This document shows, piece by piece, positions 1 to 11,697 of a stretch of DNA of 64,000 nucleotides. Source of the DNA: Ptychomitrium polyphyllum (Eukaryota). The stretch covers positions 13,082,001-13,146,000 of the forward strand of contig OZ316775.1 in the NCBI GenBank assembly GCA_973851085.1, read 5' to 3'. The notes under the pieces were generated by a model. It saw only the letters and a program-made list of their open reading frames with translations. It searched no databases and was not told where the DNA came from. The first letter of the stretch is position 1. Each line of letters opens with the position of its first letter. Made by a program: the position numbers and the translations under genes.

Positions 1-781
1 ATTCTTTAGTCGCTTTTTGATACTAGCCCATGATCACTCAAGTTGGACAAATGTAGGCATTATGTCACTATGTAACATTTGTACACTGTTCATGTGTTTA
101 CAAGCCTTTAGTCACAATTTGTACCATCCAATCTGCACGACTTACATACAATCATGATCATTTAAGTTGAATAGCTATAGTCATCATACTAGACTTAATG
201 TTGACACTATGGTGAAGTTATTACTTTAATGCACAATAAATTCACTTGTGTAAAATAACTGATTCAAAATTTGGTCATTTTTTTCATAGTCTACATTGTT
301 TGTAAACAACCTATAAATACTCAAGTTGAACAACTGTGGACACCATGCCAGACTGTATGCTATATGAAGTTATCATCTAACAAGCATTAAATTAAATTAA
401 AGTCCATGCTATTTGCAAAATATTTAAGAGCATTGAAAATCATTAGAAGTTATAATATGGAACGAATTTTGCCTCATCTTGTATATAAATATGAAAGTGT
501 GACTGTTGATTATTTACCTTTCCAATTATTCTATTTAGAAATATACATAGGAATAATCAAATATGCAATAATCTACATTTGTATTTACAAATATTTGCAT
601 TACATAACATAGCATATCAATACCATTCTAATAAATACATAGGTGATATGTCCTTTAAATTTGAAATTTATATATACTACTAACCTTTTCTTACCAAAAA
701 TAAAAATCATAATTATTCTTTATCCTTCTTCATTCGTTTTCATAGTTCTCACCTTTTGTTTTTACACTCTTTCCTATCCCC

Positions 782-1004
782 AGTTTGGTAGGACACTGCC
801 GCCACCTACCCCATGGCCGCCATAGAACTTATGCCATTTTTTTAAAACAGAGAATGTACGCCCGCCCTACGTAGCTTAACAACTATCAAGTGAATTTCAG
901 TTAAGCTGTGTATTGGATGGAGGTGTACATTCTCTATCTAGAATGACTGCTCTGCGCACATTATGGCGGCCTTGGGGTGGGTGGTGCCAATGGGTTGCCG
1001 AGCT
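782..1004 (+). ncRNA. Pre-miRNA-like long fold-back RNA (family not recognised)
   Basis: 782-824 pairs in register with 962-1004 (38 of 43 positions paired, 6 of them G:U). Inner helices 849-862/922-935 and 868-880/900-912 are fully paired (3 G:U), with a terminal loop at 881-899. The G:U pairs only form on the + strand. TATA-like TATATATA near 669 and a pyrimidine-rich tract at 690-780 lie upstream. Confidence 0.65.
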
Positions 1005-1232
1005 TATGTATAAGTTAACCTATAGGACGGGACTTCCAAAGAACGGTAACCTGATCGATCATTTTCGTGAAGCGATGTGAGCCTGCGCCACTAACGACCA
1101 TGATTAGAGCCGCGCTGTAACTTTCTTGTAAGGCGGTAGAAGAGGGATGAAAACGCAATGATGAATGAACAAGACGCAATCTTTCGTCCATGGGAAGGCC
1201 CCCAGCCCCACCCTTGAAACTCCGCACTGCAA

Positions 1233-1261
1233 GCTGCTGGTGCTGGTGCTGGTGCTGGTGC
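1233..1261 (+). repeat. (GGTGCT)n hexanucleotide microsatellite in the ARF promoter/5' leader
   Basis: gctgctggtgctggtgctggtgctggtgc read directly. Confidence 0.85.
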
Positions 1262-1853
1262 GAAGCGACTTTCGTCGCGTACAGCTGCTTTTTCCCGGAG
1301 GCGTGGTCTTTTTTCTCTCAGGGCAGCCTGGCTAGGCAGGATTTGTTGCGTAGCTCCTAGATGCTCTCTCGACAGGCTGCGCAGGGACTCCGAAGCCAGC
1401 AGGCTTATTGGATCAGCCCATCGGCACGCACGCAGGCAAACCAGCCAAAGCGAAGCAAAGCATCTCCTAGCAATCAGTCACTGAGCCGCGATGAAGGTGG
1501 ATGCGGATGCGGGATAACTTATATGTTGGCAGCGGAGGAGGAATCATGCCTCCTTCATTCCCTTTGCAATAACGGAATTCCCGAAAAGACACAGCATACT
1601 GGAGCCTCAGTGTCTTCTTGTCCGTGTCTCGCTCGTCCCAAAAGAACTCTTTTCTTTCGCCTTGGCACTCGTCATCGCTTCTGTGGAGTAGCACTATGGA
1701 CTCCTTGTGGAACGGACGACCAAGGCTTGCGAAGATGCGAAGCCAGTGACGGAGCGAAGGAGTGGAGGAGTGAGAGAGGTTAGGAGAGGGAGACGGAGAC
1801 CTTCTCGAGAGAAAAGGGAGGAGTCGCGGGAGGTTTGGTGGAGAGGGCGCGGA

Positions 1854-1937
1854 ATGGCGCACTTGGTGCTGAAAATTTCGTCGGCCAAGGGGTGCCATGT
1901 GGCGCTCTGGTGTTCAGGATTTTCTTGTAGATCGTGA
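1854..1937 (+). other. Candidate uORF (27 aa, MAHLVLKISSAKGCHVALWCSGFSCRS) in the long GC/GA-rich ARF 5' leader
   Basis: ATG in good context (ggaATGG) about 930 nt upstream of the ARF ATG. Whether it lies in the mature mRNA is inferred, not shown. Confidence 0.3.
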
Positions 1938-2784
1938 TGACGGTTGCGGATTGTTGAGGAGGAGGCGAATTGTGTCGAAGGTGGAGCTTCATGCGTCGGC
2001 ACTGTGTGTGTGAGGAGCGAAGATATATCTGCAGATTAGATTTCGAAATTGGTGCTGCGAGTGCTCTTTTTCGTCTTTGTTGAATTTCTTGTTAGTTCGA
2101 GTTTGCGTTTCTCGGAGAGGCGGAGTCAGCAGAAGGGTACTTTATAGTTATAGCTCGTTCGTTCAGTTAGGATCAGCAGTTTTTATGCTTTTAGACTTTT
2201 TTTATTTGATCTATTTCTCTTTCTTATATTTGTCACTGTCTATTTTTTGGCCGGAGTCTTTTAGAAGGGGCAAGGAGGTTTGCAAAGGAGTGGGAAACGA
2301 AGCTTGATAAAGCGTAAGTTAGGCGTCTCTCTTTTTCGCAAACAGATACAGCCTGCGAGGTAGGAGCAGACTGTAGTCTTTTAGTCGAGGCAAGATTGAA
2401 GCTCTTAAGTCGTTCCGAATCCGCTTTGTGATCTTGAAGAGAGCGTGCGTGCGTCGTACAAGAGCTGTCTCGAAGGTCGAGCAAGAGTAGGAGTCCCTTA
2501 AGTGGTTTGAAAGACGACCGCAGCGACTGCATAATGTCGACTTAAACTACGTGTACAGCGTGTAAGAAACTATTCGGACTTGGAATAGTAATGTGATTAA
2601 TTTGAAGCGGACATTGTAGTTCAGGAATGGAGATGAAGTACTGAGTGGATTACAGGTAGTTATGGTCATCTTTTCCAACAGAAAACGTTGAATTTTGCTT
2701 CACGGATCTTTAGTTGCGCATGCGTTCTGCGTTCTCTCTTCCATATTGTGTCCATTCTACAAGGGAATATTTCAGCATCTTGCG

Positions 2785-5700
2785 ATGTATTCTAGTCCTC
2801 CAGCGAGGCTCTCAGCCTCAGGTTATGCTCCGGTTACCATGGACGCAGGTATGTGACTTCTATTCCTATTCCTTCTGCATGTGCAATTTCCTCCTCTACA
2901 TGATTAGTTTGAAGCTAAGCTCGGTAGCTGTAAGCCCGATGCGGAGTGTAACAAACTCATTCATCTCTTCTCCACGTCGGTATCTGCACTTTACCTTGTT
3001 TATATGAGGCCTCAGGGATGGTGTTAGTGATAATTTCTTTTCCCAGCGTAAGCCTGCTGTACGAATCTATTGTTGTCGAACTGCCGAGCACAGAAGAGTT
3101 TGGAGACCGTTGTTTATTTCTCACTTACCCAGTTGCATGGAAAATCGAGACTGAGAATTCGCCTCTATGCGAGATTAATGAGTAATGTGTCCGTCTTAAT
3201 GCGACATTTTCGAGTAACAACTCATATCAGAGGCATTGTAACACGGTTGATCTAAAGTCCCAGTGCTTTGAATATCTTGTACGAGACATTTGAAGCGCTT
3301 CACAATTGCTTAGATTTGGCCTGCGATTGTGTTACTTAACGCAGAATATCTCAAGCCTATTTTTATGGCGACTGATGTGTCTGTCTTAATGGCTTCATTC
3401 GCTTTAAATTGCAGTTTAGGAAGTGAAACTCGCAATTGCTAACCCAGCATTACTGGACATTCAATGTTCACTATTGGTGGCACTAGCAGATGAAATCTCT
3501 CTCTTAACGTAGCTGGATGTTATGCTCTGTCCAGATGTTTGCGTTACCTCTCTTCAAATTCCAGTTCGTTAAGAGATGCTTGTTGCACTAGATTCTCCTC
3601 ATGATGTGTTATGATGAGACGGAATTTTGTGTCTAGTTTGTTTCTGGTCTGGTTAATAACGTTTGAATGGTAGGGTTTGGGCTTACATTTCTTGGGCTAT
3701 TTGTTGGCATGCATGTTTCTATGATCCTATTTGACGAGATAGAAACGTGGCGTTGCTTACACTGGTACTTACTAATGTTACACGGGACTTCAAATGATTG
3801 GGACTGTAGATATGATGTTTGCCGTGGGAACCATCACAGCAAAATTGTATGTCCAACTTCGATAGTCATTTCGGTCTGTTCTGAATTTAGTCTTATGAGA
3901 AGTGCTTTAAGACACAACGAATTTGTTGTGAAGTACTCTACGAACGATGAATGGACGCATCTTACTCGTCGTGAAGTTGACCTGCAAACAGTTTAAGAAC
4001 TCTTCGTTGCTATAGGTCTTAACAACACGAATTTTAATCTCTTTACCAGAATTGTAAGGTTCCTGTTCGAACTGTTTAAAGAACATGTCCAATCATATGT
4101 TAGGTCACTTTGAGCTAGTCTCAGTGTGTAATGGAGTCTTTTTCTAGTCCAGTAGTGTTTCCTTCCGAAGTTCATATTCAATTTACTCATGATGCATATT
4201 GCTTTCTTGCAGCCTTCGATGTGTAATGAACTCTTCAACTGATATGCTGATATGACAATGGCTACATATTTTGCAGCGGAAAGACGAAATCTCAATTCTG
4301 AGCTGTGGCATGCATGTGCGGGACCTCTAGTTTCCCTACCCCCTGTTGGCAGCCGTGTGGTGTATTTTCCGCAAGGTCACATTGAGCAGGTGTGTTAAAG
4401 GTGGAAATAATCTTCGTAAGGAAAATGAAATAACACCGTCTTGATAGGTTAGGATATGATTGGCTGTGCCAAGGATTTTATGTGTTCATGTGTTTATAGA
4501 AGCGGGTATCAGATCGTTGTCTGTTTTACAGTCTTGTAATACATGTCAAGGCACTAAATTCGGAGGATTATTTTTGCATTCTCTTGTAATGCTTTAGTTT
4601 CCGTCCCTTTTACTACTTGTCAATGTAATCAGCACGTATGTAGTAAAGGCACCGTGGCAATTTGTCAAAACAGGTCTACGTTTCAAGTTTTTTTGAAAAT
4701 TATCTGTTCCCTCGATCACTGCATTCAGATTCCCCAGGAAAATAGCTTTGCTGTCGGTGTGCTCTTTGTCATGTCTGTGCTTATGTGTAATTGACCTGAT
4801 TATTGTGGAATTTTGTAAGGTGGCTGCATCGACACAAAAGGAGGCTGACGCGCACATTCCCAACTACCCCAGCATTCCTCCAAGGCTTGTTTGTTTACTT
4901 GACAATGTCACACTTCATGTATGTGTTGTGAGAAGCAATATGCTGTTCTACTTAAGTGAGCTAGTAGCGAATAATCATTATTCCTGCAAAATTAGATTTT
5001 TCGTGGATATTGATTGCGAGCCGTTTTGCATCAACCTTGATCCTGTAAAAGCATAAGTTTTCATTTCTGCACAGTATAGTGTTTTTCTATTGCACATGTT
5101 ATATCGTTCCACATTAGGGGCTTCTTTTGTCCTGTGGTGCCGAAGTACTGATTATATGAGAAAATACCGATAGACAAGGAGACTCATTACTGGTCGGAGC
5201 TTGTGTTGCTGTAGGCTGACCTTGATACGGACGAAGTCTATGCTCAGATGACTCTGCTTCCTATCCAAAATCCTGTAAGTTGCCTAGAACATTGCCGTTT
5301 CCATTTTGATATTTTTCAAAGAATGTTATCTTTGTTTTGGAGTATCAGGTCAGGAGGTTGGTGTTACGTAAGCCATAATTTGTAATTTCAAAAATTCATG
5401 CAGGAGAAAGAAGCGTTAGCATCAGATTTGGGGGTAGTTAGCAAGCAGCCCGCAGAATATTTCTGCAAGACCTTAACTGCTAGTGACACTAGTACTCACG
5501 GGGGCTTCTCCATACCACGGCGTGCTGCTGAGAAAGTTTTTCCACCGTTGGTAGCTTCTTTTCCCTGCAACTTAGCAGTGATGGGTTTTAGTGGGAGAAT
5601 ACTTCTGCAATATCTTGTCTCTGTTGTTCCTGAAGTTCTTCTGCTCTGTTACTATGTTTAAGCAGTCTGTGGAGACACGAGAAGACGATGGGGTTATAAT

Positions 5701-8700
5701 CTTTGCACATTTTGGGATTGCAGGATTTTACACAAACTCCACCTGCCCAAGAGCTTGTTGCTCGGGATCTTCACGATCAGGATTGGCACTTCCGCCATAT
5801 TTATAGAGGTAAGAATGAAATTTCTTGGTCTAAAAGAATAAACCAAGATTTAGTTCCAATCATAACCAGCCTTTACCAGGAAAGTAAAATAATCATACGC
5901 GTTTGATTTTTCATTTGTGCAGGCCAACCGCGCAGGCATCTTCTCACAACTGGGTGGAGTGTGTTCGTCAGCGCCAAGAGACTGCAAGCAGGTGATTCTG
6001 TCTTGTTTATCAGGTAATTAATTTTTACCAAACCTGCTATATTAGGAGATAATGTTTGAAATAAATTAGTTAAGGAACATATTATCCTTGTTCTATGCTC
6101 TCTTTCCTTTCTACTCGTGATTGCAACAAAACGCTCTTGACTGAATACGATTTGATTGTGAGATACCGGTACGTACTTCCAACAGAGTCTTATTAGAAGG
6201 ATATAGGATTGCTTCTTGGCGGTGGTCGATATGCTAGGTGTGTGCACATCTAACTCTTATGTAGAACTTGCTCTCTGTTACCAGGGATGATAAAGGGCAA
6301 CTCTTGCTGGGCATAAGGCGGGCGAACAGGTTACAAACAGTTATGCCGTCTTTAGTGTTGTCCAGTGATAGCATGCACTTCGGGGTTCTTGCAGCTGCGA
6401 GCCATGCTGCGGCTACCAGCAGCCGATTCAAAATCTTTTACAACCCAAGGTGCACATGCTAATTTCACTAGTTTAAGAATTGTGTTAACACAAGATAACG
6501 AATTCAAATAGGAAGGTTGATTCAATTTGGATTCGTTTAGTCTAGTGGTCGTCTAGTGGACTACTAAAATTTTAAACGTGAACGTGGTCTATAGATAGTT
6601 TGCGGTGCTGCACAAAGTATTATATGCCGTTTTAACGTCCATCTTTCAGTCTGGATTTAGCAGCGCTTTAGTTTATGGACGTTATTAAATTGGAGCGGTT
6701 GTAAGTATGTAATCGTTCAATAGTCAGTGTATGCTTACTATTTCTCTTTACAGGCAAAGCCCTTCTGAATTTGTCATTTCTCTAACAAAATACCACAAGG
6801 CCGTATACAACACGCAAGTCACAGTTGGTATGCGCTTCCGAATGGTGTTTGAAACCGAGGAATCGAGTGTGAGAAGGTACGAGATATCGTTCTTTTTATT
6901 TTTTAATGCATTAGGTTCTCATCGATATGCTTTGTGATTTCCTTTTAACCAGTTTAAAATGAAATGCCACATTTTAACTTTTGTTGTCTGAGTACAAGTT
7001 AACTTCAATTTTGTTTGGTTTCCATGTGTCAGGTACATGGGCACAATCACCGGTTTAGGAGATATTGATCCGGTTAGATGGCCTAAATCACATTGGCGCT
7101 CCCTCAAGGTGTGCCTTCTTTCATCCGAGTCATCTAACCTCATATTCGTCCTAATTTTGTGATATCTCCCACTTTTTAATTCATTATTTAGCACTCGGAT
7201 CGTGCCCTAAGGAACGTGCTTTATCATGTCTTGGCTGTGTAGGTTGGATGGGATGAATCTACAGCTGGTGAGAGACAACATAGAGTTTCTCTTTGGGAAA
7301 TTGAACCTGTAACGACACCATTCTTGCTCTGCCCTCCTCCGGCCCTTGCATCGGGATCCAAGCGTCCTCGTGGTATGCCTGGTAAGAGTGACTTTTTGTG
7401 AAGCGTATTTGATCGTCTTTTTTATTAAATTTGAGACGACAGCCCATGATTGTTGATAGTTACTATGGTGTAAATTCCGTCGTTGACATATACATTCTTG
7501 ACCATGTTGAAACTGGGACTCTTGTCTCCTTTATCTTTTGGGCTCAAATACCTCACTTGCTTTTCTGCAATTCTGAAGGCCTGTAGTGTTAGCTTTTCTT
7601 ATTGGCGCCTGTGTGTCCTGACTGCTTAAATTAAAATACTTAACTTCTTTTTAACAGGAGAAGAAGATGAAATGGATGTGTTCATGAAAAAGTCACAAAT
7701 GTGGGCCAACGGGAGTGACTCATTGGGGCCACTTAAACTTGGTAGCTTGGATACCTCTTGGATGATGCCACCGCGACAGAGGTTTGGACCGACGGTACCC
7801 TCAGCTCAGAATGGGCAATATCGTGCACTTGCGGCAGCTGCCCTCCAGGAAATACGTAGCGGAGATTCTTCAAAGCAATTGCTGTCCCAACCACTGCCGT
7901 CGTCGCAACTGCAATTCCGCCAGCAGCAATCTCAGCCTCAGCAACTTATGCAATACATCAATGACATTCCAGGCCCTTTATTGCAGTTGTCCACCAGTCA
8001 AACACAAACCACTGATTTGAGAAACCCTGTTAGGTCCTCTTCAAGTTACAGAGAACCTGACATGCACATGGCTTCTCCTGCTATGGCGCCTAATTCCTTT
8101 GCCTTACAGGAGATGGCGGGAAGAAGTCCTAGTAGTGCTCCGATTAATTCTATTGAAGGGAACCAACTTGCAAGTTTGATGCGAATTACAAACCTAAATG
8201 GATTGCAGCCCTGCGGGACAATGCAAGGGTTGGTTCAGGTACTTGCAGTTATTCGTACAATTGTCCATATCGAGCGAGTATAGATTCACCCAGATACAAT
8301 ATTCTACAGAAAATTATCTTGTTTCTTTTTAATTATTCAGCACAATATATCGATGAAGTCATCCAGCCAAGCAATTTTGGTTCTGCCTGCTTTAGATGAC
8401 GTTCTTTTTATTCAGATGCAAGGTGACGATTTTTTGGGATATTTCTATGGGAGGAGTTGCCGATATTATGCATTATAATTAATTGCTATACTATTGCTTG
8501 TAGGTTGACTAATATCCTGTCTGCAATGGGTGGCAGGTTTCTCCCTGGTTTCTAAATCAATCTGATCCCCAACCACCCACGTCATCTCAATCGACCCGCG
8601 TTGAGACTTCTAGTGGTGGCGTACCTGGGCCTTTCGCTCTGCCTCAAAACAACGAATCAGCTTTACAGCAAGGTCTGGGAAATCTGCCCCCTTATGGATT

Positions 8701-9871
8701 CCGCAATAATGATCAGGAAACGGATCAGCTGCAAGCTGACCGCAGTCACCTTCTATTTGGTGTGTCTATTGACCAGCCATTGGTTGGATCTAGTGGCCTT
8801 GTTCTTCACACTTACGGGAAAACAAAGGATGTTTCAGGCAATAACATGCTTTCAGTTGCATACGGCTCACCAGCTACGCCTGATCCTATGAACACTGGCT
8901 TGATGCCTGGAGAGGGATTGGATGAAAATGGACTATATCAGCGTAACGCAGGATGGCCGGCTATTCCAACTGCAACGCCCCTCCGTTCTTTTACCAAAGT
9001 AACTATTTTGAGCCCTGCATTTTGAAAAGCTTTCGTCAAGATTTCTTTGCAACTTTTGGGTTTATTCTACTTAGTCTGCACAACCTGTCGTTTATTCAAC
9101 TGATCTTAACAAATTACCAGTAAGTGAGTTTTGTGCATCTCAGAAAACGCTTTGGGCATCAAATGTGTTTAAGTGATTGGTTCTTGATTAGGTTGTGTCA
9201 ATGTCCAGGTTAACAAGCTTGGAGCCGTTGGAAGATCTTTAGATCTGCGGAATTTCTCAAATTACACAGAACTCAGAAAGGAGCTCGCCCAAAAGTTTCA
9301 CTTAGACTGCCTGATGGAAGATCCACCCACTTCAGGGTGGCAAATTGTGTTTGTCGACAATGAAAATGACACTCTACTTCTAGGCGACGATCCATGGGAG
9401 TAAGCTACCAATACTGAAGTTTGTGGCTCTTTGTAAACGACACCTATATATGCCCTAATTAATTGGTCGATCTTTTGTACACTTGATTTGCTTGGTTTCA
9501 GTACTTTTATGATTTTTTCTCGTAGATTTAAACTTATCCCTTTCCAGAATGGTACTCAATACACAGTCTAGAACCAGGACTAGCACAGTTATTTCAATTC
9601 TTGCTCTTTGCATTAGTGTCTGCTGGCCGCTCAGCCAGTTGTAAATGACAATTGGCTTGCAAATTGGGCTTCGTCTCACATAAGGTGTTCTCTCACGTGC
9701 AGGGAGTTTTTGAACTGCGTACGTTCTATCAAAATCCTTTCGCCATCAGAAGTAGCACAGTTGAGTCAGGATCAGTTGAAGATGCTTGACACTGTGCCAG
9801 CGCAAAAGTTGCAGCAACAGAGGCCGACCAGTAGCGATTCTGGGGGGGGCTCACCTGCACAGCTCCTTTGA
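2785..9871 (+). CDS. ARF: Auxin response factor, class A (activator), B3 DBD + ancillary domain + Q/S-rich middle region + PB1; 15 coding exons
   Basis: GT-AG exons: 2785-2848, 4277-4389, 4820-4918, 5215-5274, 5404-5550, 5724-5808, 5923-6013, 6285-6449, 6754-6876, 7033-7108, 7243-7381, 7658-8238, 8537-8998, 9209-9399, 9703-9871. Motifs [68 protein letters not shown], class A motif [10 protein letters not shown], and PB1 RSFTKV...[24 protein letters not shown]. Confidence 0.95.
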
Positions 9872-11697
9872 TTCTGAACCTTTAGGTGGAGCATTGGACT
9901 ACTGAATCTCAGGCGAAGTAAGAGAAGTAGAAGTGACCGACTACTAAGAAATTATGTTTTTTAACTATATTATGGGCAAGGAAGCTTGACTCAACTGTAT
10001 GCACGAGGCCTCACCGATTTCGGCTCACGTTGATGTCAAGATCAACATTTATGCAGTAGCCGTACAGGAATGTGAGGATTTGTAACGGATAATCATCAAT
10101 TAAAGCCAAGCCCAGCAACAGTGTGAAGGCCCATTTTGTGTAGGCCTAAAACTTTTCCTCCTGATAAGCCTCAAGAGTTTGTGACGAGACGAGATGTAAG
10201 CCTTTGTAATATTGTAAGTTGATGCAGTTTTGTGCAGGCCCACCAGAGACATATTGGGCAGGACACATGGTACTACGTGTAATATGCCTAAGTCTTGAGC
10301 TTCTTTTGAAAGTTTGAGAAACAAAAGCAACCGAGGGGTTGTTATGCATAGCTGGGTGATGGTAGTTGCCTCTACGTTGGCCAGCAAAGAAATCTACTAT
10401 TTCTGGATCCTCGAGCTTTGAGAAACAGAAGACAGACATGCTGGCTATTCGTGCAACTTCTACCAGTGTCATCTTATGAGAGTTGCGTCTTATGCAGAAG
10501 CTGTTCTTTTCATGCTTCGTCTCAAGCCCTGTAAGGCTTATTGTAGACAAATCTGCCTTGGCCTGCCACTATGAGGTGGAGACTTGGTGAGATCAGATAT
10601 GCTCGATTACTTGGAGCCTCCCCTCCTCACCGTCCGGTTCTTTCGAACCTTCCTTGTTAGATACATATTGTATGATTTCCGACTTTATTTATTGTGATAT
10701 AAGCAATTTCTGGTGTTTGTTATCTAACTGAGCGAGATGGACGGTTTCTCATTACCATCAGTCTACGTTTAACTCTTTCTGCATAAGAGATCGTTTCAGT
10801 CTAGCAGTAGGTCATCCTCAACGAACCAAACTTTTATGAAACTCAGCTTCTTCCTTTTCCTAGTGCTTGCAGTTTGAATGAGTGTTGTGTAGGATCATCA
10901 CTGTCAAATAGTGACGAAGTATCCCAAATAACACTTCAGCAAATCACTTGGTAGCACCAATATTTAGTAGAGAACAGATGGTACTGGAGACGCAGAGTTA
11001 TGCATAACTGAGCAAATTCAGAAGAGGTCGTCATATTCCTTTTCAAGCCCACCTAACATTGGAACCTTTAAGAGTTTCTTCACGTTAGAAAGTTAATGGA
11101 ATGTAGTCACTATCACCATACATTTATAAGTGAAGTTAGACGGCTTTTCCTTTTTGAATGTTGTGAAAGGCAAAGCAATTACTTGATCAGCTTGAAAATT
11201 GTTGGTACATGTAAATTTCACATGTCACATGATGGTGCTGGCCACAGTTGAACACAAGATGACAGTCTGCCACAGGGAGCAACTTTGTGGGACTATGGTA
11301 AGATCATTACTAGTTACAACATCCTCAAAGTATAACACTTTGACTGGAGTTCAATCAGTTGTAATGACAAACGCCTGTATATGAAGATATCGAAGTCCTC
11401 TTCATCACTATTGTAATCTAAGGATTCAAATTTTCCAAACCACTGCAAATACAACACTACAGAATATATGACAGCACTTGCACCATACAAATGCAGCCAA
11501 TGAAAATCTACAGTGATATTGATACTGCCACTTTGAAATTGAGCACCACAGCTTATCTGAGTGCCCGTCCTTGAAACTGCCTATTCTAATCTTTGATGCA
11601 CAAAAGCTCCACATTATGTTCACAGTTTACGGTCATGACCAAGGTGCACAACGGTTGACATCACAATTCAATATATTGACTCATGTTGAAGTACAAG

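Noticed and set aside
1361..2532. Overlapping 70-143 aa ORFs on both strands as independent genes
   Set aside because: GC-rich leader sequence gives long spurious frames; no domains recognised. Kept only as uORF candidates.
8101..8123. Possible moss miR1219 site in the ARF middle region (GAGATGGCGGGAAG)
   Set aside because: Only a partial match to the miRNA as I recall it, needing a bulge with poor 3' pairing; cannot be supported without a database.
9328..9350. miR167 target site at the homologous SGWQIV position of the ARF
   Set aside because: ACTTCAGGGTGGCAAATTGT has too many mismatches to the miR167 complement; the similarity is explained by protein conservation.
10100..10550. Minus-strand 95 and 134 aa ORFs between ARF and CYP78A
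   Set aside because: They lie antisense to the probable ARF 3' UTR, start at non-ATG codons and have no recognisable motifs.
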